Assembly: GCA_963665815.1 (NCBI GenBank)
Contig: OY762463.1
Coordinates: forward strand, 768,001-832,000
Direction: 5' to 3'
DNA from: Candidatus Cloacimonadales bacterium
GTDB taxonomy: Bacteria; Cloacimonadota; Cloacimonadia; Cloacimonadales; JAIOQZ01
DNA length: 64,000 nt
Shown here: positions 20,650 through 30,415 of the stretch, piece after piece
How positions within the stretch are numbered: position 1 is the first letter of the stretch
Layout: each line of letters begins with the position of its first letter
Position numbers and translations under genes: made by a program
Notes under the pieces: generated by a model
Told to the model about the DNA's origin: nothing
Seen by the model: the letters and a program-made list of their open reading frames with translations, nothing else
Database searches by the model: none

Positions 20650-23600
20650 ATGGATTATAATATTGTCAGACAGATTGGTGAAGGGGCTTTTTCAGAAGTA
20701 TTCCTCGTGGAGAAAGATAACACACAATACATACTTAAACGTTTCCGCAGTAAAGATATAAAAGAAGCTGAAAGAGAATTTCTTTTTCTCAAAATGATTA
20801 ACTCTTCCCATGTACCGGAAGCAGTCGAGATTGTGAAAGATGAGTATCCGGGAATTATCGAGGAGTATATTGCAGGAACTTCTCTCGAGGTTTATCTGAA
20901 AGAGAATCCGGATAAAAAAGCCATTCTGCAGGTCAGACTGTGCGAAGTGCTTTCGGAAATCCATTCCTTTGGCATCTGCCTTAACGATATAAAGCCCGAC
21001 AATATCATAATCCGTAACGACATCCCTGTGTTTATTGACTTCGGGCTGGCAACCCTGAATAATTTCTGGGACAAACGTATTAGAGGATCTATCTCCTATT
21101 CCTCACCGGAAAAGCTGAAAAAACAGATTAACACACAGGCATCCGATGTATTTTCCCTGGGACTTGTGCTATACTATACAGATACACTAAAACATTTTGC
21201 CGATAACTTTGAACCTGCCGAATATCAGAGCATTCTGGCTGATAATACCAGATGGAGCGAAGCAAGAGACAGATTTATTTCAAATCCTGTTATTGCCGAA
21301 CTGACAGACTATACTCCTGACAACCGACCTTCGGCTATTTCCCTTTTCCTGAGTATAGCAGAAAAAACCGGTTATGATATCGGAGAAAGCAGTTTCAATC
21401 TGCTTAAGTCCTATGTATTCACCTGTCACCAGAAAGCCTTGTCAATATTGAAGAGAAATCGTAAACTTACTATTACAGCAGAGGACGAACCGGATATTAT
21501 CACCAGTTTGTTTATCACCAAAGAAATCTCCGAGAATAACAAAGTTGCAGTGATTGATGAAGAATTGTTTACCTATAACACCGAACTGTTTATGTCAAGA
21601 TTGAGAGATATTGTTGAGTTCAAAGATGCTAATGAGAAAAACCTGATTGATATGCTGATTGCTTCGGAATTCAAGATATTGCTGATCACAAAAAATAATC
21701 TTGAAGGCTTTTTCTACCGGCTTCACTCAAATAAAAACACTTATATTCTTATGATGTCCGAAACTGTCAGCGAAGCACCACTGGTAGATGAAGAAGAATT
21801 GAAAGAGCTTTCTGAAAGATTTAGCTCAGATATTGACTTTGATCTTTTTAAGGGAGTTAAACCGCTATCTGCCAAAAAGATATTCGAGAAACAGGATTCA
21901 GACAGCAATGAATATATACAAGATATTGAACAGTTTACCAGGCTATACAATTTCTTCCGGCTACCCATACCTTTGAAACTCTTTCAGAAACTTTTCTCCA
22001 ACTGGGCAGGCTTACTGAAATTTATGCTGAGCAATTCGATTGTCATTATATCTGAAAATGCCATATCTCTGAAATCCACAGGTGATAACAGTTTAGAGCT
22101 GAATTTAAGTGACATAGAACTAGTGGAATCAATCTTCCATGGCTGGGAAGCCGATATGCTGAAGACGGTTTATTATGTAAAAACAGATGAAACTGACAAA
22201 GCTGTTCAATCAACTCTGGATTACTTCAAAAATCTTGCAGACAGACAACTTTATATGCAGATTTACTTTTCTTACAGTCAAATTGGAAATATTTCAGATT
22301 CAATATTCTTAGATTACTTTTTAGGAAAACTTAGTGCTTCATCCATCAGCCATGCAGGTTTTAAAGAAGAAGCTCTAAAGCTGTACGGCAAATTGAGTGA
22401 AACATTAGAAGGCAATCAAAAGGCCACAATAGCAATGGATAAGGCAAAAGTTTTACAAGAATTGCACAAGTGGGATCAAGCAGAAAAGGAATATGCGATT
22501 GCAACTGGTATCTTCAATGTTTCAGGTAATACAATGGGACAAATACGTATTGCAAATAATCTTGGGGCAATGTACACAACCAATAAAGATTACAAAAAAG
22601 CTCAATTTAATTTATATAGGGTAATTGAATTGAGTGATTTAATTTCGGATATTGTTAAGCAAAATATCTACAGAATGGTTGCGTATTATAATCTTGCTGA
22701 GTTATGTCTTTTTAATGGTTTATGGAAAAAAAGTATTCAACTGACAAAAAAATCTCTTGAGCTTGCTATCCGAGATAAAAATAAAGCTATCCAGAATTAT
22801 TGTGATTCTAACCTTCTGACAGCAATGCTTGCCGATGGTCAACTAGAAGGTACTTCAGAACTGGCTTCTGAACTAATCACTGCTATAGAGCACGAACAAG
22901 AACGAGACACTGCAGACTTTATGTTAGCAAAAGTACTCTTTTGGTCAAATATTAATGATCATGATAAATATTTTAAACTCATAGAAAGCAATATCGATAG
23001 ACTTAATAATACCATTTCAAAAGAGCTTTTAACAGAGTTCTTCTTCTATGCACTTAAGGCTATGAATGTTAATACACTTATCAAGATTACTGAGATAATG
23101 CCCGATATCCAGTATAGAAATATAATAATGGCAGTAATTGAGAAAGACAATGATAGAATTCTGGATACTTTACGTCAGTTTGCATCAAATGATGATATTT
23201 TTCAGTTTCTACATATTTCTTATTATTTGATCAAGTATGAATTAATCGATCATGGTAGTAAAACTGAAAATTATATTAACGATTTTCTTGAATACAACGA
23301 ATTCTATCCAATCAAACAAATTCAGCAAAAAGAAACTGATAACAATACAAGTAGCGGAATATTCTGGGATGCATTTTCCAGGATACAAGCTCAAACAGAT
23401 TTTGAATCAATTGCAATGGAAACCTTAAAAAGCATTCTCAAAGTCGGTAATTTGGAAAGAGCTATTTTCTTCGGATATAAAAAAGGAGAATTCATTACCG
23501 AGCTCTGCATAAATGACCAGATGGATATTCTGCCAAAAGAGAACATGAAGGTCAGCAAAACAATCCTCATGGAGACCGTTCAGGAAAAGAAGATGATGTA

Positions 23601-24822
23601 CTATTTCAACTTACAGGAAGATACACCATTTGACCTACACTCCAGTATTTTTGGGTTAGGACTGAGAACTGCAATATGCTACCCGGTTATAATAAACAAA
23701 ACAACAAAAGGTGTTATATATTCTGATGCCCAGTCAGACAGAACATTCAGTGATGAAGAGAAAAAAATGCTGGAAACATTCCTGATGCTTTGCGAGTCTA
23801 TCATGGAAAAGAACCAGCTTCTCGATGATATAAATAATCCTGTTCTTTCCTCTGCAAACTTCAGTACACCTAATCAATATTATGAGATTATCGGGACAAG
23901 CAGAAAGATGCAGAAAGTATTTTCTCTGATGAATGTAGTCGCTAAACACAATGTAAATGTACTTATCACCGGAGAAACAGGTTCGGGTAAAGAACTTATT
24001 GCCAGAGCATTGCATAAGGATTACACCAAGTCTGCCCCGTTTGTTGCCGTGAACTGTGCAGCCATACCGGAAAACCTTTTGGAAAGTGAATTATTCGGTT
24101 ATGTAAAAGGAGCTTTCACCGGAGCTGTGCAAAATAAGATGGGTAAACTTGAACTGGCTAATAATGGAACTCTCTTTCTCGATGAAATCGGAGATATGCC
24201 GTTCCAGTTACAGGCTAAACTACTACGGGTAATTCAGGAACGAGAATTTACACCTGTTGGAGATGTGAAGCCAAAACCGGTTTCAGTTAGAATAATTTCC
24301 GCAACGAACAGGAAGCTGGAAGAAATGGTCAGTTCGAACGAGTTCAGGCAGGATCTGCTTTTCAGACTGAAAGTGTTCGAAATAGAAATCCCACCATTGA
24401 GAGAGAGAAAAGATGATATCCCACTTCTTATACATCACTTTATTAAACTTAACAACAACAAATTCGGGAAATCCATTAAAGGTATTTCAGCTGATGCCGT
24501 ATCCATGCTCCAGAGCAGAGAATGGAAAGGTAATGTCAGAGAGTTACAGAATGAAATCGAAAAAGCATCAATCCTCTGTCAGGCAGATGTGATATCGGAG
24601 GAACAATTTCTCAATCCATCAAACAGTAACGGATTTAACCTTATAGATGAAATGCCTGACAAATGGGCTGATTTCCTCAATTATAAAAGGAACATTACTC
24701 GAAAATTGGATAAGATATATATTGATAAAATATTAAAGACTACAGAAGGCAATATATCTCAGGCAGGTAAACTCTCAGGGATACCGAGAAATCAGATATA
24801 CAGGATAATGAAACTTTCTTGA
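20650..24822 (+). CDS. Ser/Thr kinase-TPR-GAF-sigma54 enhancer-binding protein (Fis HTH)
   Basis: GEGAFSEV, DIKPDN, DFG, SPE, SDVFSLG kinase motifs; TPR-like helices; GAF (LRTAICYPV...GVIYSD); GETGSGKE, ESELFG, GAFTGA, LFLDEIG, FRQDLLFRL; C-terminal HTH. Confidence 0.92.
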   Translation: MDYNIVRQIGEGAFSEVFLVEKDNTQYILKRFRSKDIKEAEREFLFLKMINSSHVPEAVEIVKDEYPGIIEEYIAGTSLEVYLKENPDKKAILQVRLCEVLSEIHSFGICLNDIKPDNIIIRNDIPVFIDFGLATLNNFWDKRIRGSISYSSPEKLKKQINTQASDVFSLGLVLYYTDTLKHFADNFEPAEYQSILADNTRWSEARDRFISNPVIAELTDYTPDNRPSAISLFLSIAEKTGYDIGESSFNLLKSYVFTCHQKALSILKRNRKLTITAEDEPDIITSLFITKEISENNKVAVIDEELFTYNTELFMSRLRDIVEFKDANEKNLIDMLIASEFKILLITKNNLEGFFYRLHSNKNTYILMMSETVSEAPLVDEEELKELSERFSSDIDFDLFKGVKPLSAKKIFEKQDSDSNEYIQDIEQFTRLYNFFRLPIPLKLFQKLFSNWAGLLKFMLSNSIVIISENAISLKSTGDNSLELNLSDIELVESIFHGWEADMLKTVYYVKTDETDKAVQSTLDYFKNLADRQLYMQIYFSYSQIGNISDSIFLDYFLGKLSASSISHAGFKEEALKLYGKLSETLEGNQKATIAMDKAKVLQELHKWDQAEKEYAIATGIFNVSGNTMGQIRIANNLGAMYTTNKDYKKAQFNLYRVIELSDLISDIVKQNIYRMVAYYNLAELCLFNGLWKKSIQLTKKSLELAIRDKNKAIQNYCDSNLLTAMLADGQLEGTSELASELITAIEHEQERDTADFMLAKVLFWSNINDHDKYFKLIESNIDRLNNTISKELLTEFFFYALKAMNVNTLIKITEIMPDIQYRNIIMAVIEKDNDRILDTLRQFASNDDIFQFLHISYYLIKYELIDHGSKTENYINDFLEYNEFYPIKQIQQKETDNNTSSGIFWDAFSRIQAQTDFESIAMETLKSILKVGNLERAIFFGYKKGEFITELCINDQMDILPKENMKVSKTILMETVQEKKMMYYFNLQEDTPFDLHSSIFGLGLRTAICYPVIINKTTKGVIYSDAQSDRTFSDEEKKMLETFLMLCESIMEKNQLLDDINNPVLSSANFSTPNQYYEIIGTSRKMQKVFSLMNVVAKHNVNVLITGETGSGKELIARALHKDYTKSAPFVAVNCAAIPENLLESELFGYVKGAFTGAVQNKMGKLELANNGTLFLDEIGDMPFQLQAKLLRVIQEREFTPVGDVKPKPVSVRIISATNRKLEEMVSSNEFRQDLLFRLKVFEIEIPPLRERKDDIPLLIHHFIKLNNNKFGKSIKGISADAVSMLQSREWKGNVRELQNEIEKASILCQADVISEEQFLNPSNSNGFNLIDEMPDKWADFLNYKRNITRKLDKIYIDKILKTTEGNISQAGKLSGIPRNQIYRIMKLS

Positions 24823-25036
24823 TACATATGCTTCTTTTTTGTTACGTATTCTTTATACTCTATATTTGCAGTATATTATAATTTTTCTATAATTTTCTTT
24901 CAACACAAATATTCGAATGTGTTTCTTTTTTGTTACAGTTCAAACCTTAACATCAATAATCAGCCTAAGATAATAACTGTTTTATCTTGTTTATTAACAG
25001 CATGTTACATGCTAAGGCAACTTTCGTTTTCAGCAA

Positions 25037-25054
25037 TTGGAAGAGGATTTGCAA
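25037..25054 (+). promoter_or_regulatory. Sigma54 -24/-12 promoter
   Basis: TTGGAAGAGGATTTGCAA (GG-N10-GC) directly downstream of a sigma54 activator gene and 53 bp before the ATG at 25107. Confidence 0.7.
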
Positions 25055-25106
25055 TTAGGATGTGTGAAAATAATAGGCTTGTGATGAATTTTCAAAAGGA
25101 GTATCG

Positions 25107-26987
25107 ATGAAAAAGTTTATATTTGTACTAATACTAACAGCTTTGACCTTGTCATGTTTTTCGGCAAGCATATCTGGAAGAGTACTAACAGATAATGATG
25201 TTAATGGTATCCCCGGGATACGAGTTGCTTATATCGGTGACTCCCTGTTTACTATTCCCATGTTAGATAGTATATATAGTAATGGTATAAATATTGAAAA
25301 CTATATATTGGCTTATGATATTACAGACCAGAATGGGTATTATTCAATCCAGATAACTCCCGGAACTGAGGGAATTGTTGTTGCTCAGGACATTTTGAAT
25401 TTTCATTTTATGGAACAGTTCATAGGAATTGGTGAGGATTCAGTAAATGATTTTGAGAATGCCGGAATATTTGTTTTTGATGAAATGGATATCAACTTCA
25501 CTCAATTTGATTTTATGCTTCATACAATAAATCTTATTGGAAACAACACAATCTCCGGAACTATAACACCTCCGACAAACACAGCAGGGCTCAATATTGA
25601 ATTTGATGTAAGACTTGAGTATCTTCATTCACATGTATTACCACCTTACACATGTACTGTCAGTACCAATAGTCCTTCTTTTGCTTTTAATAATATAAGA
25701 GATGGTGTATATAGATTGAAAGTTTTCTCAAGGTTCAACCCAAACGGGAACTTCTATCATCGTAATGATACATTGATGTTTGCCAGATTAGCTGTCAGAG
25801 GAGGTCAAACAATTGACACAGTTAATGTTGAACTTCCAGACATACAGTATAATACTATTACATTCAGCGTTAATGATGATTCAGAAAATCCGCTATCTGA
25901 TGCTGAAGTAACACTTGTTTCTCTGAATTCAGACCTGAACTACAGCATCATTACAGATACAAACGGTTCAGCAGTTATTGATAATCTTATAAACGGAAGA
26001 TATACAATATCAGTAGAGAAGGATAATTTCCAGAGAACAGATAACTATGGTAACATTATTACTGTAAGCAATGATCAAAACTACACTTTCGAGATGTCCC
26101 CCGTACAGGTTTTTGATAACTCAATTTCCGGAGTAGTTTCAACAAGTCATGACTTTGTTGATCCTCCCACATTCCCGACAATGGCAATTGCCGTATCAAG
26201 TGATGATGAAGAGTCATGGGTAAGAACATCCACAGTTGGCGGTAGTACTGGTCAATTCGTTTTAAGAAATCTACCGTCAGATGATTACTATGTGTATGTT
26301 ATTTCCAGTGATGCTCCTCCAACATTCTTCCCTAATACCGATACATGGGAAACAGCCCAGACAGTTCTGGCCACTGGTGATGTAGAAAATATCGATGTAG
26401 TTATCACACCGGCAACAAACGAAGGATCATTCTCTGTTTCCGGTAATGTGATGGAGCAAAGCGGAAGAGCCCTAATATCTGAAGCATCTGTTATTCTATA
26501 TAATGATGATAATGTACCTGTAGGATTTTCAATAACAGGTGAAAATGGCAGATATTTTATAAATAATCTCAGATCAGGTAATTACACAAGAAAAGTTACA
26601 AAACTGAACTATAACAGTCAAAGTCAGCCATTCCAGTTACTGGGTAACAGTTCATGCGACTTGTTTATTCAGGAAACTCAAACAGCTAATGATAATGTAA
26701 ACATAGCGAGCGAAGCTATTGAACTGAGGTGCTACCCAAATCCGTTTAATCCGGAGACAACTATTGAGTATTCAATAAACAGAGATTCTAACGTCGAAAT
26801 TATAGTGTTTAATATCAAGGGACAGAAAGTGTACACTTTCCAACCTGAATTTAAAGAAAAAGGGATTCATAAAGTCAAATGGAGCGGAGTGTCAGACAGT
26901 AATCAACCTGTGGCTTCCGGAGTTTACTTCTATCAGCTTAAGACTGAGACAGAATCCAGAATCAGAAAAATGTTACTACTGAAATAA
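25107..26987 (+). CDS. Secreted protein with carboxypeptidase-regulatory-like/CnaB-type beta-sandwich repeats and CTD
   Basis: Signal peptide; ISG.V...TDxNGxY/F repeats; YPNPFNP...KMLLLK. Confidence 0.82.
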   Translation: MKKFIFVLILTALTLSCFSASISGRVLTDNDVNGIPGIRVAYIGDSLFTIPMLDSIYSNGINIENYILAYDITDQNGYYSIQITPGTEGIVVAQDILNFHFMEQFIGIGEDSVNDFENAGIFVFDEMDINFTQFDFMLHTINLIGNNTISGTITPPTNTAGLNIEFDVRLEYLHSHVLPPYTCTVSTNSPSFAFNNIRDGVYRLKVFSRFNPNGNFYHRNDTLMFARLAVRGGQTIDTVNVELPDIQYNTITFSVNDDSENPLSDAEVTLVSLNSDLNYSIITDTNGSAVIDNLINGRYTISVEKDNFQRTDNYGNIITVSNDQNYTFEMSPVQVFDNSISGVVSTSHDFVDPPTFPTMAIAVSSDDEESWVRTSTVGGSTGQFVLRNLPSDDYYVYVISSDAPPTFFPNTDTWETAQTVLATGDVENIDVVITPATNEGSFSVSGNVMEQSGRALISEASVILYNDDNVPVGFSITGENGRYFINNLRSGNYTRKVTKLNYNSQSQPFQLLGNSSCDLFIQETQTANDNVNIASEAIELRCYPNPFNPETTIEYSINRDSNVEIIVFNIKGQKVYTFQPEFKEKGIHKVKWSGVSDSNQPVASGVYFYQLKTETESRIRKMLLLK

Positions 26988-27039
26988 GGGAATGAAAATG
27001 ACCTTAAAATTGATCAATACAAAGAGCAAAGGAGAAACT

Positions 27040-29892
27040 ATGAGAACGAAACAAATTAAGTTCTTACTGGCTGCAGTTGTTTTCATGATGTTGAGCGGCA
27101 TCATGAATGCTGTGACATTCAGCGGCCATGTTACATCTGCCGAAGATGGTTCTGATGTAGCCAATGCAAATGTTATCTGCTTCATAATGCCAGATGACTC
27201 AACAGGTACCGGTAACAGACCGGAATCCACAACCACAGATGTGAGCGGAAACTTTACATTTTATAATATCAACGATGGTTCTAATGTAATGCTTGAAGTT
27301 TCACACGGTGACTTTTTGCTATTCAACCAGAACTATACCGTGAATGGTAATATGTCTGTAGATATAGCGCTTAGTACCATGAATAACGTGACAACATACT
27401 CTGTTAGTGGCGTTGTAATAGACAGTCTGAATAACCAGCCTGTTCCAAACCTGAATATTATTCTGGGGGGAAGCCTTCTGGAAATAGCTTATAATGCTGT
27501 AACAGACGCAAATGGAGCATTCAGTTTTGCAGAAGTGATTTCACAGGAATATGACATTTATCTTGGTAATCCAAACTTCATACCTCCTGCATACCATATC
27601 ACTGTGGATCAGGATTTGAATCTTACATTATATCACACTCCTGCTAATACTAACAACCATGTTGTAGGAACAATAGTTGATGAAAATGGAAATCCTGTTC
27701 CTCATCTTCCTGTAGCAATTGCAGGTAACCTCATGGATGTCATGTATCTTGAACAGACAAACAATAATGGAGTGGTACACTTTAATGATGTTGTGACACA
27801 ACCTTATAATGTATATCTCGGACCACGCAATCCAATGCAGGTTCCTGATGCGGTCATCAATGTTGATGGTGATAATCAATTTACAGCCGTATTTGGAAAC
27901 AATAATCCTGATACTATGTATACGGTTACAATAAATATTGTAGATGAAAACAATGCTCCTGTTCAGTTCACACAGTTCGTTATAGCCGGTCAATTAATGG
28001 ATATTGGTTACAACGGCATTACAGACAATATGGGAACAGCAGTTATAACAGGCGTTATCCCACAACCGTATAATCTTTACATTGGTAACCACGGTCCCAT
28101 GGTTAATCCGGATGCAAGCTTCATAGTAGACAGCGACACATTAATAACTGTTGTATATACAGACACTGTAATGACAGATACATATACTTTATCCGGAGAC
28201 GTAATTGACTTTGATACAAATCAACCTTTACAGGGGATTGAAATTGTTATTTCTTATCGTAACCCATGGAATCAGGATTCTGTTGTTTTAACAGATGCTG
28301 CTGGTCATTTCAATGTGGACTCTCTTTCTGCCGGACGTTATTTCGTGTCTATTACAGATCCTGCCTATAATGTCTATATGAACGAAGTTATTCTTGATCA
28401 GGATATCAATCTCAGCATACCTCTTCACACTTTTGCAGGTGGAGACATAACTTTCTCAGGTAGCGTATTCAATGCAAGAACAGGTATGCCTGTTGATGGA
28501 ATCAATGTTACACTTACAGAAATTGACAGTAATAATACAACAGAAAATTATTCTGTTGTTACAGATTATCAGGGACAATTTGTAATTGATAATATGACCG
28601 CAGGTAATTATGAAGTAACACTTATGCTTAATGGTATGATGCTTTCATATCAAATAGTACACATTAATCATTCAAGACATATGAACTTCCCTGTCAGAGT
28701 TATTCAAATTGATGCTCCTGTTCTCAGCGGAAGAGTAATGGACTTCAATAGAAACCCTGTAGTTAATGCAGCAGTTGAAATTTACTGTGAATTCCTTGAT
28801 TGTGCTCCGGAAACAGTATATACAGATAATAGAGGTTTCTATAATACTGATCAGGTAATTAATGATGAACCTTACATTGTAACAGTTCAAGAAACCGGCT
28901 ACTTACCTTTCGAAGGAAGAGTTTTTGTCAATGGTGATACCAGATTTGACGTAAGACTGATTGGCGATGACATGGTTATCAATTCTTCAGTTTCAGGAAC
29001 AGTAATATCAGACGATACAAGTAATCCTGTTAGTAATGCTGTTGTTCATTTAATCCCTGAAAATGGCGGATTCCACAATCCATTCTTAACCGCTATGACA
29101 GATGTAAACGGACAATATACTATCAACGTTCCTGCAGGGAACTATATGGCTGTATGTCATGTAAGAAATGTAGAATTCTGGAATACAGATTCATTATACA
29201 TTAATTACTACAGAGAGTTTTATGATGATACGCAAGAAATCGAAACCGCACAGCTCATTACTGTAGGTGATGATCAGGATGTTAGTGGTATCGATTTTGG
29301 TGTACCCGATTATAACTCAACCTTTGATCCTGTTTTCCCTGAAATCTTTGGGCTTCTTGACACAGACGACAGAACAAATCTTCAAATCGCTCAGATTACT
29401 CTGAAAGACACTGATAATAACATATTAGCTCAGACAACTTCTGGTGATGACGGAAGATTTTCATTTGAAGGAGCAAGAGAAGGTAATTCATACACAGTTA
29501 TTGTTGAACTTGATGGTTATGAAACTCAAACAATAGAGTTAACTCATTATGGCATGGATTCATTCTTGAGCTTTGATATGGAAGCAGTTATTGCTAATGA
29601 TCCAGTTAATGAGTTTGAAGAGTTATCACTTGGAAACTATCCAAATCCATTTAATCCGGAAACTACAATAAATTATTCACTTACTAATGATGAAAGAGTC
29701 GAAATATCAATATATAACCTTAAGGGACAAAAAGTAAAAACACTCATTAATGGTCATCAAACCGCAGGAAAGCATGAAGTAATGTGGAATGGTACAAACA
29801 ACAGTAACAATCCTGTTGCTTCAGGTGTTTACTTTACGATCCTTAAAACATCAAAAGAAACTTTGAAACACAAAGTTTTGTTATTGAAATAG
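27040..29892 (+). CDS. Secreted protein with multiple carboxypeptidase-regulatory-like repeats and CTD
   Basis: Start MRTKQ after AAAGGAG; about 9 (S)GxVxD...TDxxGxF domains; CTD. Confidence 0.85.
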   Translation: MRTKQIKFLLAAVVFMMLSGIMNAVTFSGHVTSAEDGSDVANANVICFIMPDDSTGTGNRPESTTTDVSGNFTFYNINDGSNVMLEVSHGDFLLFNQNYTVNGNMSVDIALSTMNNVTTYSVSGVVIDSLNNQPVPNLNIILGGSLLEIAYNAVTDANGAFSFAEVISQEYDIYLGNPNFIPPAYHITVDQDLNLTLYHTPANTNNHVVGTIVDENGNPVPHLPVAIAGNLMDVMYLEQTNNNGVVHFNDVVTQPYNVYLGPRNPMQVPDAVINVDGDNQFTAVFGNNNPDTMYTVTINIVDENNAPVQFTQFVIAGQLMDIGYNGITDNMGTAVITGVIPQPYNLYIGNHGPMVNPDASFIVDSDTLITVVYTDTVMTDTYTLSGDVIDFDTNQPLQGIEIVISYRNPWNQDSVVLTDAAGHFNVDSLSAGRYFVSITDPAYNVYMNEVILDQDINLSIPLHTFAGGDITFSGSVFNARTGMPVDGINVTLTEIDSNNTTENYSVVTDYQGQFVIDNMTAGNYEVTLMLNGMMLSYQIVHINHSRHMNFPVRVIQIDAPVLSGRVMDFNRNPVVNAAVEIYCEFLDCAPETVYTDNRGFYNTDQVINDEPYIVTVQETGYLPFEGRVFVNGDTRFDVRLIGDDMVINSSVSGTVISDDTSNPVSNAVVHLIPENGGFHNPFLTAMTDVNGQYTINVPAGNYMAVCHVRNVEFWNTDSLYINYYREFYDDTQEIETAQLITVGDDQDVSGIDFGVPDYNSTFDPVFPEIFGLLDTDDRTNLQIAQITLKDTDNNILAQTTSGDDGRFSFEGAREGNSYTVIVELDGYETQTIELTHYGMDSFLSFDMEAVIANDPVNEFEELSLGNYPNPFNPETTINYSLTNDERVEISIYNLKGQKVKTLINGHQTAGKHEVMWNGTNNSNNPVASGVYFTILKTSKETLKHKVLLLK

Positions 29893-29898
29893 GAATTT

Positions 29899-30310
29899 AT
29901 ATGCTTCAGCTTAATTATACCCCTAATGAAAATAATGTAGATTACCCCCCTGTAATTTACAATACCCCTACAGCTGAACGCATGTTTAACAGAGCAGGAG
30001 CCCCTAACTCCTGCTCTTTCCCCTCAGCGTTTAAAAGTAACTTGAAATATAAAGCATTGATTACGAAATACCCCTATACCCCTAAATCTGCATTTTACTA
30101 CCCGGTATCATGCAAAGATAAGTTTTCAATGCTGAATGAGAACGGATTTTCCCCTAAATCCGACTCTTATTTCGAAGTTAGTTTCATACATAATCTACAC
30201 CGGAGTCTAATTACCCCTAATGAAAATAATGTAGATTACCCCCCTGTAATTTACAGTACCCTAAACTCCGAGTGTAAGATTATCGGAGCGGGATCCCCCT
30301 ATCCCGCTCC
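29899..30310 (+). ncRNA. Candidate modular structured RNA with multiple CCCCU-loop hairpins (unknown family)
   Basis: Nested stems visible by eye, 11 CCCCT motifs, a 44-bp identical core (29918-29961 = 30212-30255) enclosed by unrelated but pairing stems; G.U pairs favour the + strand. Confidence 0.65.
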
Positions 30311-30415
30311 ACATTTTATCAATTGATATTACATTAAACCTCTTCCCCTCTTCTTTGACATATTTAATTCATTGACATTTTATCCAGCAAACTGAACCTC
30401 TTAACTGAGGTAAAA

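Noticed and set aside
29901-30326. 141-aa ORF over the CCCCT region
   Set aside because: Pro/Tyr-biased translation of the repeats with no recognisable domain; base-pairing explains the sequence better. Not fully excluded, since AGGA precedes the ATG and the repeat is in frame.
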